Assembly: GCA_049516875.1 (NCBI GenBank)
Contig: JBEKSS010000002.1
Coordinates: 160,001-224,000, forward strand
From: Candidatus Bathyarchaeia archaeon
GTDB lineage: Archaea > Thermoproteota > Bathyarchaeia > Bathyarchaeales > Bathycorpusculaceae
Direction of reading: 5' to 3'
Length of the DNA: 64,000 nucleotides
Below the pieces are notes generated by a model. The model had not been told where the DNA came from. It did no database searches and was given only the letters and a program-made list of their open reading frames with translations. Each line of letters opens with the position of its first letter. Positions within the stretch are counted from its first letter, which is position 1. Of this stretch, positions 1-9,009 are shown one piece after another. A program made the position numbers and the translations under genes.

Positions 1-746
1 CTGACGGCCCGTTCCAATACGCGCTGTACGGACTCACGGGGAACAAATGGGTAAACCATGATGTGGAAACCGAGACAAGCGGGGGCATCGTGCCTTTCCG
101 CTATCATCGCAAGAGCTACGTTCACGCGGTCCAATGGTCCATCGGCCTGGAGCTGGCTTTACTCATCAAAGACCCCTGGAAAATCTTCATGACGACAGAC
201 CATCCTAACGGGGGGCCTTTCACGGCTTATCCAAAGATTATCGCTTGGCTCATCAGCAAAAAAGCGAGAGAGGCAAGCTTGAAGAGAATCAACGCGCGAG
301 CGCGCAGCCGAAGCCTTCTACCGTCAATAAATCGTGAGCTGAGCCTCTACGAGATTGCAACGGTGACCAGGGCCGGGCAGGCCAGAGCATTGGGTCTGAA
401 GAACAAGGGGCACTTGGGCGTCGGAGCGGACGCTGACATAGCGGTTTACAATGTGAACCCTGAAACAACCGATATTTCAAGGAAGTACAGAACCGTCAGA
501 AAAGCGTTCAGAAGGGCCGCCTACACTGTTAAGGGTGGAGAACTGGTTGTCAAGGACGGCGCGATTCTCAAACATGTTGACGGCGGTACGATGTGGCTTG
601 ACGTAAGAGTCTCTGAACCGGCAAAAATAACAGGCGACATGAAGAGAAGGTTCAAAGAGTACTGGACAGTTGAGTATGAAAACTATCCCGTAAACGAAGA
701 TCACCTCAGAGGGTTGGACCCAATAACCGTGAAGGCTCGTGTCTAA
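1..746 (+). CDS. fwdA: Formylmethanofuran dehydrogenase subunit A (5' truncated by window edge)
   Basis: TTDHPNGGPF motif, KGHLGVGADADIAVY amidohydrolase C-terminus; directly followed by fwdC. Confidence 0.93.
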   Translation, partial: DGPFQYALYGLTGNKWVNHDVETETSGGIVPFRYHRKSYVHAVQWSIGLELALLIKDPWKIFMTTDHPNGGPFTAYPKIIAWLISKKAREASLKRINARARSRSLLPSINRELSLYEIATVTRAGQARALGLKNKGHLGVGADADIAVYNVNPETTDISRKYRTVRKAFRRAAYTVKGGELVVKDGAILKHVDGGTMWLDVRVSEPAKITGDMKRRFKEYWTVEYENYPVNEDHLRGLDPITVKARV

Positions 747-1571
747 ATGATAAGCCTGCGCCCTCTAAAGGATTTCAGGTTTCCAGTCCTGGCCGGGTGC
801 ATAAACCCCGATGGTTTTCAAGGAAAGACACTGAATGAAATAGAGACTTTGCAGGTTTGGGAAGGGAACAAACAGAAAAAACTCGGTGAACTCTTTAAGA
901 TTGACGAAGTCAAAACGGAAAACCAACCTGACAATCCGGCTGTAACGGTCTACGGCGACGTTAGCAAGGTTCGAAGAATCGGGTTAGGAATGAAGGGCGG
1001 AGAGATAACAATCAACGGCGACGCCGGAATGCATTTGGGCGAAGAGATGAAGGGCGGCAACATCACCGTTCACGGAAACACTGCAGGATGGACGGGGTCG
1101 ATGATGAAAGCAGGCACAATAGAGATTTTCGGAAGCGCCGGCGACTACCTAGGCGCTCCGTACCGGGGAAGCACCGAGGGCATGCACGGAGGAAGAATGA
1201 TTGTCCATGGAAATGTTGGAACCGAAGCAGGAGCCAACATGAAGAAGGGCATAATCAAAATCTATGGCAGTGCGGGTCAATTCGTAGGCTTCCGTATGCA
1301 TGACGGGACAATCTACGTTCAAGGAGACTGTGAAGGAAGAGCAGGAGCATGCATGGTAGACGGCAAAATCGTAGTTGGAGGGCACCTGGAATCTGTTCTC
1401 CCCTCATTCACTATAGACGGCATCAGAGCGAAGGTCAAGATTGAAGAAAACGAAGTGGCCGAAGGGCCCTTGTACGTTTTTCTCGGAGACCTTGTGGAAA
1501 ACGGAAACGGCAAACTTTATGTCTCCAAAGAGAAGAATCCACATCTAAACTCTTACGAAAAATTCCTCTGA
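747..1571 (+). CDS. fwdC: Formylmethanofuran dehydrogenase subunit C
   Basis: GXGXG beta-helix repeats (GMKGGEITING, GMHGGRMIVHG), GAPYRG motif. Confidence 0.93.
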   Translation: MISLRPLKDFRFPVLAGCINPDGFQGKTLNEIETLQVWEGNKQKKLGELFKIDEVKTENQPDNPAVTVYGDVSKVRRIGLGMKGGEITINGDAGMHLGEEMKGGNITVHGNTAGWTGSMMKAGTIEIFGSAGDYLGAPYRGSTEGMHGGRMIVHGNVGTEAGANMKKGIIKIYGSAGQFVGFRMHDGTIYVQGDCEGRAGACMVDGKIVVGGHLESVLPSFTIDGIRAKVKIEENEVAEGPLYVFLGDLVENGNGKLYVSKEKNPHLNSYEKFL

Positions 1572-1581
1572 GGAGAAAGCC

Positions 1582-2556
1582 TTGATGAAAAAACCCTTGA
1601 GCGTAAATCGCCTAGCGTGGAAACTGCTGGATGAACTCGTTGAAAACGCAGATCTCTACGGAGTCAAGGTCGAAGAAACGGAATCGGGAACCACCATAAT
1701 CGACGCAGGAGTGAATGCGAGGGGAGGTTTTCAGGCAGGAAAGATTGTCACCGAAATATGCATGGGAGGATGCGGAAAAGCCGAAATAGCCTGCCGAGGG
1801 TATGGAGACCTAGACCTTCCGTCAATACAAATCTACTCAGACCATCCGGTCATCGCAACTTTAGGCTCACAGTATGCTGGGTGGCAAATAAACGAAGAAG
1901 GCTACTTCGCAATAGGCTCAGGGCCGGCAAGAGCATTGGCGCAGAAGCCGAAGGACATCTACGGAGAAATCGGGTACAAGGACGATTTCAACAGAGGAGT
2001 CGTAGTTCTTGAGACTGACAAGTGTCCGCCCGCGAATATCGTGGAGCGCTTTGCAAAAGACTGTAAGATATCACCTCAAAATCTGGCAATAGTGTTGACT
2101 CCGACAGCCAGCCTAACCGGAGCAACGCAAGTGTCAGGCAGAATAGTCGAAACAGGGATCCACAAGCTCAGAAGACTCGGACTAGATGCTAATGTGATCA
2201 TCTACGCTTCTGGATATGCGCCAATTTCCCCTATCCATCCGAAGTTCGCGAGGGCTATGGCAAGGACAAACGACGCCATCCTCTATGGCGGAACTGCCTA
2301 CTATGTCGTTGAGCATGACAATGATGAAAAACTGGAGGAGATGGTGAACAAGGCTCCATCCATGGCGTCCGAGGCCTATGGAAGGCCTTTCATAGAAATC
2401 TTCAAGGAAGCAAAATACGACTTCTACAAGATTGACCCAAACCTCTTTGCACCGGCAGTGCTCATCATAAACAACGCAAAGACTGGAAACACGTTTCGAA
2501 GTGGGAAAATAAACGCTGAAGCCTTGGCGAAATCATTCGATCTGAAGAAAAAATGA
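1582..2556 (+). CDS. mch: Methenyltetrahydromethanopterin cyclohydrolase
   Basis: LGSQYAGW, GSGPARALA, GRIVETGIHK, RTNDAILYGG, FYKIDPNLFAP motifs. Confidence 0.95.
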   Translation: MMKKPLSVNRLAWKLLDELVENADLYGVKVEETESGTTIIDAGVNARGGFQAGKIVTEICMGGCGKAEIACRGYGDLDLPSIQIYSDHPVIATLGSQYAGWQINEEGYFAIGSGPARALAQKPKDIYGEIGYKDDFNRGVVVLETDKCPPANIVERFAKDCKISPQNLAIVLTPTASLTGATQVSGRIVETGIHKLRRLGLDANVIIYASGYAPISPIHPKFARAMARTNDAILYGGTAYYVVEHDNDEKLEEMVNKAPSMASEAYGRPFIEIFKEAKYDFYKIDPNLFAPAVLIINNAKTGNTFRSGKINAEALAKSFDLKKK

Positions 2557-2564
2557 CAAACCGG

Positions 2565-3191
2565 TCAGGGCTGAATTTTACCTGCCGCCCCAGTCGATTT
2601 CTGTGGTTTCTGAACATAAAGAAATCTGTTGACGAATTCTCTGAAACCGGTATTTCCGGCAAGCGCACCCATTAGAACGCTCATCACGATTATCTCTACC
2701 CATGCCTTTGGAATAACGAGGGGAATGAGATATGCCATTCCTTGGCCGTTGACAAAGGTCATGATGTATAGAAAGTATAAGACAGTGTAGATGCATTCCG
2801 GGACATAGGATAGAAGTGTTGCCGGAATGGCGTAGAATGAATGCTGCGAACCGTTTCCTATTTTCAGTTTCTTGTACAGCAGGCCCGCCGTGAACCCGGT
2901 CATTGCCTTTCCTATTGGCACTCCTATGACCGCAAACAATCCTTGGCCAAAAACAAAACCAAAATAGTAGCCGGAATAGAGACCGCCAAAAAGCCCTACA
3001 ATAGCCCCTACAATCGGCCCCCCGAAAATCGCGGCTATGAACGTTGCAATGTGAGAAAGATCTAGTGCGGCTCCTCCTTGCCCCACAGTGCTAAGAATTG
3101 GCGCAATGTTGAGCGAGATTGCTGATAGGACTATGCCCAGAGCACTCAGCATTGCGATGAATGCGGTTCGTTTTGCGTCCATGTTCTCCAT
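2565..3191 (-). CDS. ECF transporter S component (substrate unknown)
   Basis: About 6 TM helices; AFIAMLSALGIVL start and DLSHIATFIAAIFGGPIVGAIVG pattern typical of S components. Confidence 0.75.
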   Translation of the reverse strand: MENMDAKRTAFIAMLSALGIVLSAISLNIAPILSTVGQGGAALDLSHIATFIAAIFGGPIVGAIVGLFGGLYSGYYFGFVFGQGLFAVIGVPIGKAMTGFTAGLLYKKLKIGNGSQHSFYAIPATLLSYVPECIYTVLYFLYIMTFVNGQGMAYLIPLVIPKAWVEIIVMSVLMGALAGNTGFREFVNRFLYVQKPQKSTGAAGKIQP

Positions 3192-3572
3192 CTCGGGACT
3201 GCGGTGATGATACTTTGAGATAACTACTTAAGAGTAGCTACTCAAAAAGGAGTACAGATGCCGCGAAGGTTCTGTTACCTCCGTGTCGGTTTGATCTTCC
3301 TGTTACTTTTCGTCTGCTGGCTTGGGTTCTGCGTAGTCTTCGTCGGATTTGAGTCCATGTGAAAATTCCACGCATTTTTCTTTTGTGACTTTGGGTTCTG
3401 TTAACTTCTCATGGGATGGGCATTCGTGTTAACTATCGTGGGATATGTTCTGCTAGATTCTGGCATCGATGATGAGACTCGCTTCTGAATTGCTCAGGAA
3501 GTTGCTGAGTCCAAAGTATAAGCATGATTCTAGAAGGTTGTTCGGTCTACAGATAGAAAAAGGATGGGAATC

Positions 3573-3665
3573 TTAGTGGCCTTGCGTCTTCTGCATGATA
3601 GTGCGATTCATTTCATTTTTTCTCTTTCGTTCTTGCATTTCTTTCTTGTTTTGCTTATATCGCAT
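3573..3665 (-). CDS. Small basic 30-aa peptide (MRYKQNKKEMQERKRKNEMNRTIMQKTQGH)
   Basis: Hand-translated; GGAAGTGA SD-like motif upstream, T-rich tract downstream; below ORF track cutoff. Confidence 0.45.
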   Translation of the reverse strand: MRYKQNKKEMQERKRKNEMNRTIMQKTQGH

Positions 3666-3823
3666 GTTTTTCACTTCCTAACTGTTTGCCAAAAAGTAAA
3701 AGCGGAGAACCCGAATTTCTCGGTCTTACTGGGCAAAAACTTTTTGCTTCTGGCAGAGTGGGAAGCGGAGTATATTAACATGCTGGATTCAAAGTTTGTA
3801 TTGCCACGAAGTACGAACGTGCC

Positions 3824-4219
3824 AAAAAGAGCCCATAGGCAATTTTTCTGTTGTGAGCCCATATTGAGTTATCGAAAGCGACCTTCTCCTTAGAAGTGGC
3901 TTGTCGTGAGAAGAAAAGGCAACAGCATTATCCGTGTTGTTGCTGGAGAACGTTTCAGGACAAAGAAGAAGGCTGAGAAAGAAGCTAGAGAATGGAACAA
4001 GGCGTACAAGGGTTCTAATATCAAATTCATGGTGCGTGAGGAAGGCTGGAGAAGAAAACGCTGGCACTCATAGAGCGGAAGACTCTTGCTTCACTCTTCT
4101 ATCGAAAAATCTTATTTTGCGCTTAGTTATCTACCGGAGTCAAAGCTTCTAGGTTGGATATCAAAAAGGACGTTTCTCTTCTGTTTCTTTGGGTCGCAAA
4201 ATCCGTATGGGCTCTTTTT
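3824..4219. repeat. About 400-bp segment bounded by a 14-bp perfect inverted repeat (possible MITE remnant)
   Basis: AAAAAGAGCCCATA at 3824-3837 and TATGGGCTCTTTTT at 4206-4219; no convincing ORF inside. Confidence 0.45.
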
Positions 4220-4265
4220 CACCGAAGACTTTTACAGAACCCAAAAGCAAATTTGAAAGATTAAT

Positions 4266-5546
4266 ATGCCCTATGTATATTTTGTAATGGGAAAGTCTTT
4301 GTCTGAAACATTGAAATTCTCTTCAAAGGACATCAAAGGCTGGCTTGAACGTGAAACTGGGTCCGTCTTCGTTCCCGTTCACACGAAAGCTCAAAAGCTA
4401 ATCGATGAAATGCGTCGAACGTTGGACAGTCTCTCCGAGGTTTCTAAGATGCTCATGGATAACAGTGCCAAAGAGATTGAAAAAAGAAACATGAAGATCT
4501 ATCGCAGAGCCAGAGCGCTGAACAGGTTGGCTCGACTGTTTTGCGAACGGATGCGCCAACTCAAGGTTCCGGACAAGGTTTCGTATGACAGTTTCAGCGA
4601 ATTCCTCCAGGAATTACAAAAAGCGTTTACTGTAACCGACGTTGACATTAGGAACTGGTTCCCAAGAATCTCGCCGTTCTTCATTCTTGACAGGCGAAGA
4701 TTTCAAACCATTTTTGAGAAAGCAAAAGAGTCGCTGAAGGACCTTCAGAATTTCCTGGCAAAAGAATACGTTAAAACGAAGACTCTGGAAGAGACATTCC
4801 AGCTCATCGACAAACTGCTTGATCTTGAACAGCAGCTCAAAAATCTTGACGATCGGATGGCAAAGACTGGAAGCGATAAGGCTTCAGTCGAAAAAGAAAT
4901 AGCTGAGGCACAGCAGAAAATGGCTGAATTGAGAAGCCGTGGAGGCATCGGCCAGCTACATCAGACTGGGACAGAGATAGATTCTTTGAGCATGGATGTG
5001 AAGCACAGCTTACAACACCTTCAAAAACCCTTCATAAAGCTTCAATCACTCGCAACGCACGGGGGAGGAAGTGGTTTGACACCGGAAGAACTCGGCAAAC
5101 TCTACCAGTATCTGGAAAATCCGTTCGAGGCCTTTTCCACAGAGGCTCCTGGGCATCCGCTGCTGAGACAGATACTTCTGAAGCTGGATCGTTCCATCTC
5201 TGAGGGGAAACTGAAGCTGAAACCGGAGAAAATACGAAAAGCGGAACAGACCATAGACAGTATCGTCAACAGAAACTCTCTAGCAGATCTCCATCAAAAG
5301 AGCAGGGACGCAATGGCTCGCAAAACTCAGCTTTCAACGTCGGAAGAAGTGACAGTGATGCAGGAGAATCTGTCAAAAATCCAAGCCCACGTCGGGGATC
5401 TGACAAGAAAAAGAGGAGTGGTCGAGACAGAGGAAGCCTCCATCAAAAGAGCACGAGAGGAGACGTCGGAGAAGATCCATAGTCACAAGGCCGAAATAGA
5501 GAAGAACATTTTCAGCTTCTTGAACAAAACCGTCAGAATTGAATAG
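4266..5546 (+). CDS. Coiled-coil hypothetical protein
   Basis: 426-aa ORF rich in E/K/L heptads; no ATPase motif seen; overlaps start of phosphatase. Confidence 0.8.
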   Translation: MPYVYFVMGKSLSETLKFSSKDIKGWLERETGSVFVPVHTKAQKLIDEMRRTLDSLSEVSKMLMDNSAKEIEKRNMKIYRRARALNRLARLFCERMRQLKVPDKVSYDSFSEFLQELQKAFTVTDVDIRNWFPRISPFFILDRRRFQTIFEKAKESLKDLQNFLAKEYVKTKTLEETFQLIDKLLDLEQQLKNLDDRMAKTGSDKASVEKEIAEAQQKMAELRSRGGIGQLHQTGTEIDSLSMDVKHSLQHLQKPFIKLQSLATHGGGSGLTPEELGKLYQYLENPFEAFSTEAPGHPLLRQILLKLDRSISEGKLKLKPEKIRKAEQTIDSIVNRNSLADLHQKSRDAMARKTQLSTSEEVTVMQENLSKIQAHVGDLTRKRGVVETEEASIKRAREETSEKIHSHKAEIEKNIFSFLNKTVRIE

Positions 5547-6489
5547 GCTGAGATTGATTCTGCCGACTGTCCTTTCACGAATCGTCAAAGAATCCCTGGA
5601 AATTCACACCGCAGAATTCGCCAAGACAGTCGAACAAGTTACTGCGCTACTCAAAAAAGAAGACGGAAGAGTCGGGAATCTCCATATCAAAGGTAGACTC
5701 GTAGAGATTGAGCCGGCAGGCGAGGCTTTGGTCGTCGGTGACTTGCACGGAGATCTTGAGAGTCTGATCGAAATCCTGCAGCAGAGCAACATTCTGGATA
5801 GAATGGAGAAGTCTTCCGACTCAATCCTTATCTTTTTAGGAGACTACGGTGACCGTGGAGCATATCCTGCGGAAACCTATTACACGGTTTTACAGTTGAA
5901 GCTGCTCCATCCCGAGCAGGTTGTCCTGATGCGTGGAAACCATGAGGGGCCCGAAGATCTCATGCCGTCCCCGCACGACCTGCCATCGCAGTTTCAGGCA
6001 AGGTTTGGGGAGAAATGGACTGAGGCATACGTTGAGACTCGCGGACTGTTTGAACACCTTTACACTGCGCTGCTCGTTCACAGACGGTACCTAATGGTCC
6101 ATGGAGGACTACCGAAAGAATTGAACACGGTTGAAGACTTGGCTTATGCACACACCTTGCACCCCAAACGTCCCCTGTTAGAGGAGATTCTCTGGAGCGA
6201 CCCGGACGAGGCAGTTGAAGAAGCAAGCGCATCGCCCAGAGGCGCAGGAAATCTATTCGGCAAGAACGTAACGAAAAGGACGCTGGCGAAGTTGAACGTG
6301 AAGATTCTCATAAGAGGACACGAACCGTGCGAGGATGGCTTCAAGATTAGCCACAACGGCAGAGTTTTGACCCTGTTTTCGCGAAAAGGGCCCCCATACT
6401 TCAATGCTTACGGAGCCTACCTGGACGTGAAGCTCGACAAAGAGTTTGAAGACGCTGATGAGCTGCTCCCGTACATTCACAGATTCTAG
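5539..6489 (+). CDS. PPP-family Ser/Thr protein phosphatase (metallophosphoesterase)
   Basis: GDLHG, GDYGDRG, RGNHE, HGG, WSDP, RGAG, RGHE, TLFS motifs. Confidence 0.9.
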   Translation: MNRLRLILPTVLSRIVKESLEIHTAEFAKTVEQVTALLKKEDGRVGNLHIKGRLVEIEPAGEALVVGDLHGDLESLIEILQQSNILDRMEKSSDSILIFLGDYGDRGAYPAETYYTVLQLKLLHPEQVVLMRGNHEGPEDLMPSPHDLPSQFQARFGEKWTEAYVETRGLFEHLYTALLVHRRYLMVHGGLPKELNTVEDLAYAHTLHPKRPLLEEILWSDPDEAVEEASASPRGAGNLFGKNVTKRTLAKLNVKILIRGHEPCEDGFKISHNGRVLTLFSRKGPPYFNAYGAYLDVKLDKEFEDADELLPYIHRF

Positions 6490-6568
6490 GAGCACACTCG
6501 TTCACGGAAACTTTAAGAAGACAACCAAGTAGCATCTTTCAAAGACGCAGCCTACGGAAGGATCGCTT

Positions 6569-7447
6569 TTGAAAGTTGGAATCGCGACAAGGAACCCAAA
6601 CTCCTACAGCTCTGCCCAACTCCAAGAAGCCCTGGGCAAACGCGTTATTCCATGCGTGTGTTTCAGCTTTCCACAAATCTTGGCTCGCGTTGGGTACAAG
6701 CCCTCCGTGGAAACTGGAAACCTTAAACTCAGCGAGGAGCTGGACTGCTTGATTATCCGTCCGATTGGAAAGGGGTCGCTCGAGGAGTTGGTGTTCCGGA
6801 TGGACGTTCTGTACAGACTTCGACGTTTAGGGTTGTACGTGATAAACCCGCCAGAAGCCATTGAACACTGTGTTGATAAGTACGACATTCTTGCCATTAT
6901 GGAGGAAAAGGGTCTGCCCGTCCCACGGACAGCGGTGACTGAAAACACTGATGAAGCGCTAAAGGCTTTCGATGAGCTCGGCGGGGATGTCGTCGTCAAG
7001 CCCGTATTCGGCTCTAGAGGTGTTGGATCGACTAGAATCAATGATCGTGAAGTCGCTTCGACGGTTTTTAGGGCGATAAGGTTCTCTCACGGGGTGATTT
7101 ATCTCCAGGAATTCGTGCATCATGGCTTTTCCGACATACGAGCCTTCGTCGTCGGCAACCGTGTCGTGGCCGCGATGAGACGTGTTGCACAAGATTGGAA
7201 AACCAACTACAGCCGGGGAGCCCGTCCAGTTGCAATAAGTCTCGACAAAACGCTGGAAGAAATTGCCATCAAGTCGGCTCAACTCGTCGAATGCAAGATA
7301 GCAGGCGTAGACATACTCGAAAGCCCAAAAGGACCAGTCGTTGTTGAAGTGAACAGTCAACCCGGATGGAAGGGTTTGCAATCGGTCACGCATGTCAAGA
7401 TTGCTGACGAGATTCTGGATTTCGTGCTCTCAGAATTGAAGAAGTGA
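6569..7447 (+). CDS. RimK-family ATP-grasp glutamate ligase (MptN/CofF-like)
   Basis: KPVFGSRGVG, DIRAFVVG, WKTNYSRGA, EVNSQPGW. Confidence 0.88.
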   Translation: MKVGIATRNPNSYSSAQLQEALGKRVIPCVCFSFPQILARVGYKPSVETGNLKLSEELDCLIIRPIGKGSLEELVFRMDVLYRLRRLGLYVINPPEAIEHCVDKYDILAIMEEKGLPVPRTAVTENTDEALKAFDELGGDVVVKPVFGSRGVGSTRINDREVASTVFRAIRFSHGVIYLQEFVHHGFSDIRAFVVGNRVVAAMRRVAQDWKTNYSRGARPVAISLDKTLEEIAIKSAQLVECKIAGVDILESPKGPVVVEVNSQPGWKGLQSVTHVKIADEILDFVLSELKK

Positions 7448-8238
7448 CCACTATGTTGAAGGTTGACATTGTAAAAGTTGATGTTTCAGCTGGAAATGCT
7501 CAGAAGACGACGGACTATGTGGCTGAAGAAAAGCCCCTGCACATATTCCTGAACCGAACTCGGTATGTCACCATTTTCTGCTCACCTTCAAAGCTGAAGG
7601 AACTGGCGGTTGGACACGCTATTTCTGAGGGAATAGTGAAGTCGATAGAGGAGGTAGAAGGAATAGACTTGAAAGAAGAGGAAGGGGTTTGCAGGATCAA
7701 CCTGAAACCTGATGTCAAGCTTGAGAAAAGGCTGAAGCTCTCGAAGCATTTCTCGCGCGTAATCTTCTCAGCTTGTGGCAGCACAACACCGTATCAGCCA
7801 ACCTTGGGACTTGCCAAGATCCAGTCGGACTTGAAGGTCAAAGCTGAAATAATCTTGAACTGTGTCAACCGCCTTAACTTTGTTGCAGAGACTTTTAGAA
7901 AGACGGGCGGTGTGCACGTTGCTGCAATTTATAGCAGCGACGGAACGCTTGTAACGTTCGCTGAGGACGTTGGACGCCACAACGCTGTCGACAAGGTAAT
8001 CGGTTCATGCACCTTGAAGGGAACTGATTTATGCAATTGCTTCCTTGCCCTTAGTGGGCGACTAACCGGCGATATTGCTCTTAAAGCTGCAAGAACGGGT
8101 TTGCCAATAATAGTTTCTTTGGCTGCTGCCATAGACTCTGGTATTACAGTTGCCAAAGACACATGTTTAACATTGGTTGGGTTTGTACGAGGGAAACGTA
8201 TGAACATTTATAATTGTGCCGAACGTGTCTGTCTGTGA
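7444..8238 (+). CDS. fdhD: Formate dehydrogenase accessory sulfurtransferase
   Basis: TGGVHVAA, EDVGRHNAVDKVIG, SGRLTGD, LVGFVRG. Confidence 0.93.
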   Translation: MTTMLKVDIVKVDVSAGNAQKTTDYVAEEKPLHIFLNRTRYVTIFCSPSKLKELAVGHAISEGIVKSIEEVEGIDLKEEEGVCRINLKPDVKLEKRLKLSKHFSRVIFSACGSTTPYQPTLGLAKIQSDLKVKAEIILNCVNRLNFVAETFRKTGGVHVAAIYSSDGTLVTFAEDVGRHNAVDKVIGSCTLKGTDLCNCFLALSGRLTGDIALKAARTGLPIIVSLAAAIDSGITVAKDTCLTLVGFVRGKRMNIYNCAERVCL

Positions 8239-8287
8239 TTCTTTTGTAATGCTTGTTGCTGAAAAAAGAAAGGGAACTGATGAGACT

Positions 8288-8830
8288 CTACATGTAAATG
8301 TAGAGTATGTTTCTTTTGAGCAATGTGAAGATCACGGCTACGCTGATGATGAATTCAGGGACAAGATAGGTTGCATTGTATGCTGCTGAATAGGCAAACA
8401 CGTTCCAGCCTGCCCATGCGTATTGTCCAAAGAAAATGACACCTGACACAAAATGACAGAGGAATCGGCCGAGAACTCCAACTCCTACTCCGAATACGGG
8501 ACGGCTCTGGAATGCTCCGGCAAGACCTAAGGCTCCGAAAGCCAGTGGATAGTCGAGGATTACCTGTGTTGGATAGTATATATCGCCAGAAATAACCATG
8601 TGAACCAGTCCGTAAACCACTCCGGCTTCAACTCCCCATCGAGGCCCTCTTCTCAGTGCAAACCATATGAGCGGAACCATGCTTCCGATAGTTATGCTCC
8701 CGCCTTCAGGCAGGTGAAAGAAGGGAAGATAGAATTTGCTTATGATATAAAGCGCGTTTGCAAGTGCAATGAAGACAATGGCTTCAGCCAGAATTTTGGT
8801 ATCAGCTGTTCTCTTCGCAATTTTTTCCAT
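8288..8830 (-). CDS. thiT: Energy-coupled thiamine transporter S component ThiT
   Basis: PEGGSIT, QVILDYPLAF, HFVSGVIFF, YNATYLVPE; TPP riboswitch upstream; start re-placed at ATG 8830. Confidence 0.88.
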   Translation of the reverse strand: MEKIAKRTADTKILAEAIVFIALANALYIISKFYLPFFHLPEGGSITIGSMVPLIWFALRRGPRWGVEAGVVYGLVHMVISGDIYYPTQVILDYPLAFGALGLAGAFQSRPVFGVGVGVLGRFLCHFVSGVIFFGQYAWAGWNVFAYSAAYNATYLVPEFIISVAVIFTLLKRNILYIYM

Positions 8831-8834
8831 ATTC

Positions 8835-8926
8835 TTTCCCTCCGCCAGCATTATCTGGGTCAGGTTCTATGGGTCGACGGTGCTCAACCGTCCTCTCAGC
8901 CGGGTCACGTGCCCAGCTCCCCTAAA
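8835..8926 (-). promoter_or_regulatory. TPP (THI-box) riboswitch
   Basis: Minus strand: AGGGGA-GCTGGG..CCCGGC-TGAGA-GACGGT..ACCGTC-GACCC-ATAGAACCTGA-CCCAG-ATAATG-CTGGCGGAGGGA; matches conserved TPP aptamer core. Confidence 0.92.
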
Positions 8927-9009
8927 CCTAGAGGACAATTGTTATTTATCGGTATATTTAACTTTCCTAGACACAGTCCAGAAGTCACGTTAGGATGTTG
9001 TCATAAAGC

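Noticed and set aside
1-2556. fwd/mch as evidence of methanogenesis
   Set aside because: These genes are shared with the archaeal Wood-Ljungdahl pathway; no mcr or mtr here
3258-3490. Hydrophobic broken reading frames
   Set aside because: Could be a decayed membrane-protein gene, but no family is recognisable
4266-5546. SMC/Rad50 assignment for the coiled-coil protein
   Set aside because: No Walker A/B, signature or zinc-hook motif, and too short
8831-8851. Upstream thiT start given by the ORF track
   Set aside because: Lies inside the riboswitch P5 loop; ATG at 8830 has the SD
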